From an uncultured Bacilli bacterium (GTDB lineage: Bacteria > Bacillota_I > Bacilli_A > RF39 > UBA660): a DNA stretch of 64,000 nucleotides. Position 1 is the first letter of the stretch. Each line of letters opens with the position of its first letter. The position numbers were made by a program, and so were the translations under genes. The notes beneath the pieces were generated by a model. It saw only the letters and a program-made list of their open reading frames with translations, searched no databases and was not told the origin of the DNA. The stretch spans positions 8,228 through 72,227 of the forward strand of contig CAKPFD010000003.1 of assembly GCA_934149515.1 (NCBI GenBank). Reading direction: 5' to 3'. Shown piece after piece: positions 61,419 through 64,000 of the stretch.

Positions 61419-62129
61419 ATGAAAAAGAAGGCTTTTATTGGTTTGTTCATCATTGTTGCATTGACTTTTATAGGGGTCGGTTATTATTTTTATCCAAAGA
61501 GTGTAGAAGAAAAAGAACATTTACAAAAAACAACTGTTACAAAGCAGTATGAAGATGTCAGTAGTGTTGATAATGAAGAAAATATTGTTCAGTTATATCA
61601 AGAAAAATTTTCTAATCCTGATATTATCGGACAGCTTTCTATTCCTAATACAGATTTAGTTGTTCCAGTAGCACAAGCAAGTGATAATTCTTATTATTTA
61701 GATCATTTACTTGATAAAAGTCAAAATAGTTTAGGTAGTGTTTATCTTGATTATCGGAATCAAGTCACTGATAGAAAATTAATTATTTATGGTCATAATT
61801 CTTTAAAATATAAAACAGAATTTCATCTTTTAGAAAACTATTTAAATCAATCTTATTATGATCAACATAAAGACATTTATTTTCAAACTTTAAATGATAG
61901 TTATCATTATCAAATTTTTTCAGTTTATATTGCTACTAAAGATTATCAACACGTAAATTTGTTATTTGATAATACAACGTACCAAAAACATTTAGATTGG
62001 ATGAAGCAACAATCTATTTATGATACAAAAATTAAAGTATCTTATCAAGATGATATTTTAGTATTACAAACTTGTGATATGAAGCAAGATAATGCCTACA
62101 TTATAGTGGTTGCGAAAAAGGTAGCTTAG
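61419..62129 (+). CDS. srtB: Class B sortase
   Basis: N-terminal TM, LIIYGHN His motif and the catalytic LVLQTCD. Confidence 0.75.
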   Translation: MKKKAFIGLFIIVALTFIGVGYYFYPKSVEEKEHLQKTTVTKQYEDVSSVDNEENIVQLYQEKFSNPDIIGQLSIPNTDLVVPVAQASDNSYYLDHLLDKSQNSLGSVYLDYRNQVTDRKLIIYGHNSLKYKTEFHLLENYLNQSYYDQHKDIYFQTLNDSYHYQIFSVYIATKDYQHVNLLFDNTTYQKHLDWMKQQSIYDTKIKVSYQDDILVLQTCDMKQDNAYIIVVAKKVA

Positions 62130-62207
62130 TGTTATGATATTGTCATAAAGATAAAAGGTAGGTGTTAGACATGAAAGTATTCTCTATAGTAAACCTAAAG
62201 TTAACCT

Positions 62208-62216
62208 GGGGGGGGG
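62208..62216. repeat. G9 homopolymeric tract
   Basis: Nine consecutive G in a ~30% GC genome, ~100 bp upstream of the surface-protein gene. Confidence 0.9.
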
Positions 62217-62258
62217 TACTTTAATCAAACACTTTATCTTTTACCATGTCAAAAACAT

Positions 62259-62286
62259 CAGAATATAAATGTATTCTGGTTTTTTG
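62259..62286 (+). terminator. Rho-independent terminator/attenuator in the leader of the surface protein gene
   Basis: CAGAATA-TAAATG-TATTCTG followed by GTTTTTTGG. Confidence 0.6.
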
Positions 62287-62314
62287 GTGTTTTAAAATAG
62301 AAAAGGAGTAAGAT

Positions 62315-64000
62315 ATGAAAAAATTAAAAGAGAATAAGGAAAAAATCTTTATGGTGGTTTCAATTATCGTATTGTTTGTAGCAGTTATTGGTATCAGCTA
62401 TGCAGCTTTTTCTTATACAAGAGTAGGAGAAAATCTAAATAGTATTACCACAGGGGTTATCTCTATGAGCTATGAAGAAAGTAGCAATATCATATCAATA
62501 GATAAAGCCTTACCAACAACAGATGCAACAGGTAAAGTTCGTCTAAAAGAAGGAGAGTATTTTGATTTCACTGTTTCAACAACCATTAAGGGAACAACAT
62601 CCGTTAATTATGAAATCGCAGCAGAAGACTTTTCTAGTAATACTTTTGATGGAAAGAATATTCGTTTGTATTTAACAAAGCTAAATACCGATGGAAGTGA
62701 AACAGAAGTGATGGCACCAAAGAATTTCTTAAAAAGTCCAAGTGAGAATAAAGCAACAGGAAGACCAGCAAACATGATGAGCTTAGCAAGTGGGACAATC
62801 AGTGCAAGTGAAAGTAACAAATACCGTTTAAGAATGTATGTAGATGAAAGGTATAATCCACAAGGAGATGGAGGGAACAAAACATTTTCGATTCGTATAA
62901 ATGTTTATGGAAAAGTCTATGAAGGACCAGTAGGAAGCAGACTGAAAGCTTATGAAAATGGAACATCAACTGATTTTCATACAGATGATTATAGAGCTAA
63001 AACAACTTCCATTGTAACAAAGAAAGATAATAGTGTACCAGAAACAGTAATAGAAAGTTGGGATGTATCCAAAGCTGGAGATGGATCCATTATGGCTTAT
63101 TCTGAAAGTGATGGAAATGATGGATATAAGATCACTATAGGAGGGCAAGATGGAATTGTACCAGAATCATTAGAAAGATATTTTGAAAAATTTACAGTAG
63201 TAACTTCAATAGATTTATCAGCATTTGATACTTCAGAAACAACTAGTATGGAATACATTTTTAATTATTGTAGTAAATTGATAAATTTAAATATAAGCTC
63301 TTTTAATACTTCCAAAGTAACAAGTATGAGAACGATGTTCCAAAAGTGTGAAAGTTTAACAAAATTAGATTTGAGTCATTTTGATACTTCTAGAGTAACA
63401 GATATGGCAGGCATGTTTATGTATTGTACTAACTTGCAAAATCTAGATGTCAGTAATTTTGATACTACTAAAGTGATTAATATGTATGCAATGTTTTCTA
63501 ATTGCAGTAATTTGTCAACTATGGGTGTAAGTAACTTTAACACATCAAATGTAACAAACATGTCTTATATGTTTAATCAGTGTAAAAATTTATTAAGTTT
63601 AGATGTTAGAAAATTTGATACTTCTAAGGTGACTGATATGTCCGGTATGTTTAACTATTGTGAAAACTTATCAAATTTAGATGTAAGTAATTTTAATACA
63701 TCAAACGTAACAAACATGGTGGCAATGTTTCAAAGATGTTATAATTTAACAAGCTTAGATGTTAGCCACTTTGACACATCTAAAGTAACAAAGATGAATG
63801 GAATGTTTAATCATTGTGAAAATTTATCGAATTTAGATGTAAGTCATTTTGATACATCCAAGGTAACAAATATGAAAACGATGTTTCAATGTTGTTATAA
63901 ACTAACGAGCTTGAATGTAACTAATTTTGATACTTCAAAAGTGACAGATATGGGGTGGATGTTTTTCGGATGTATAGGTTTAACTTCTTTAAATGTTAAT
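62315..64000 (+). CDS. Surface protein with 26-residue repeats (DUF285-like), 3'-truncated by the window
   Basis: RBS AAAAGGAG, N-terminal TM/signal. At least 8 tandem 26-aa repeats LDVSxFDTSKVTxMxxMFxxCxNLxx. The frame is open to position 64000. Confidence 0.7.
   Translation, partial: MKKLKENKEKIFMVVSIIVLFVAVIGISYAAFSYTRVGENLNSITTGVISMSYEESSNIISIDKALPTTDATGKVRLKEGEYFDFTVSTTIKGTTSVNYEIAAEDFSSNTFDGKNIRLYLTKLNTDGSETEVMAPKNFLKSPSENKATGRPANMMSLASGTISASESNKYRLRMYVDERYNPQGDGGNKTFSIRINVYGKVYEGPVGSRLKAYENGTSTDFHTDDYRAKTTSIVTKKDNSVPETVIESWDVSKAGDGSIMAYSESDGNDGYKITIGGQDGIVPESLERYFEKFTVVTSIDLSAFDTSETTSMEYIFNYCSKLINLNISSFNTSKVTSMRTMFQKCESLTKLDLSHFDTSRVTDMAGMFMYCTNLQNLDVSNFDTTKVINMYAMFSNCSNLSTMGVSNFNTSNVTNMSYMFNQCKNLLSLDVRKFDTSKVTDMSGMFNYCENLSNLDVSNFNTSNVTNMVAMFQRCYNLTSLDVSHFDTSKVTKMNGMFNHCENLSNLDVSHFDTSKVTNMKTMFQCCYKLTSLNVTNFDTSKVTDMGWMFFGCIGLTSLNVN

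Noticed and set aside
62608-63561. Three minus-strand ORFs (62608-62880, 62966-63148, 63376-63561)
   Set aside because: They lie entirely inside the long + strand repeat-protein ORF (62315 to the window end), which has an RBS, an N-terminal anchor and clear protein repeats. These are antisense artefacts.
1-64000. CRISPR arrays, IS elements/transposases, integrases, rRNA
   Set aside because: No regularly spaced direct repeats, and no DDE or tyrosine/serine recombinase-like translations were seen in any frame.

Overview
Low-GC (~30%) Firmicute chromosome segment, spore-former-like (spoVS, cotE, sepF, divIVA, gatCAB, scpAB, serS, rpsP). Positions 1-23,900 are one co-directional accessory block: a Tad (Flp) pilus locus (cpaB, tadA/cpaF, tadB, tadC, tadZ-like, pilin candidates) joined directly to a Gram-positive MPF_FATA-type type IV secretion module (VirB2-like, VirB6-like, VirB3/PrgI-like, VirB4 split in two with an ATGA overlap, SpoIID+papain-like cell-wall hydrolase, VirD4 coupling protein), ending in a HerA/HAS-barrel ATPase. 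No relaxase, integrase or transposase is visible in the window. The rest is mostly core genes mixed with surface proteins: a membrane-anchored serpin, an orphan giant prepilin-like protein, a degenerate GGDEF protein, and a small island (KilA-N, DUF4236, histidine phosphatase, decayed ORF) immediately 3' of tRNA-Leu(CAA). Other features are a T-box leader upstream of an archaeal-type AspRS/AsnRS gene, and a sortase B gene followed by a G9 homopolymer plus terminator in the leader of a 26-residue-repeat surface protein. All calls come from reading the ORF translations and DNA motifs; no database searches were run.
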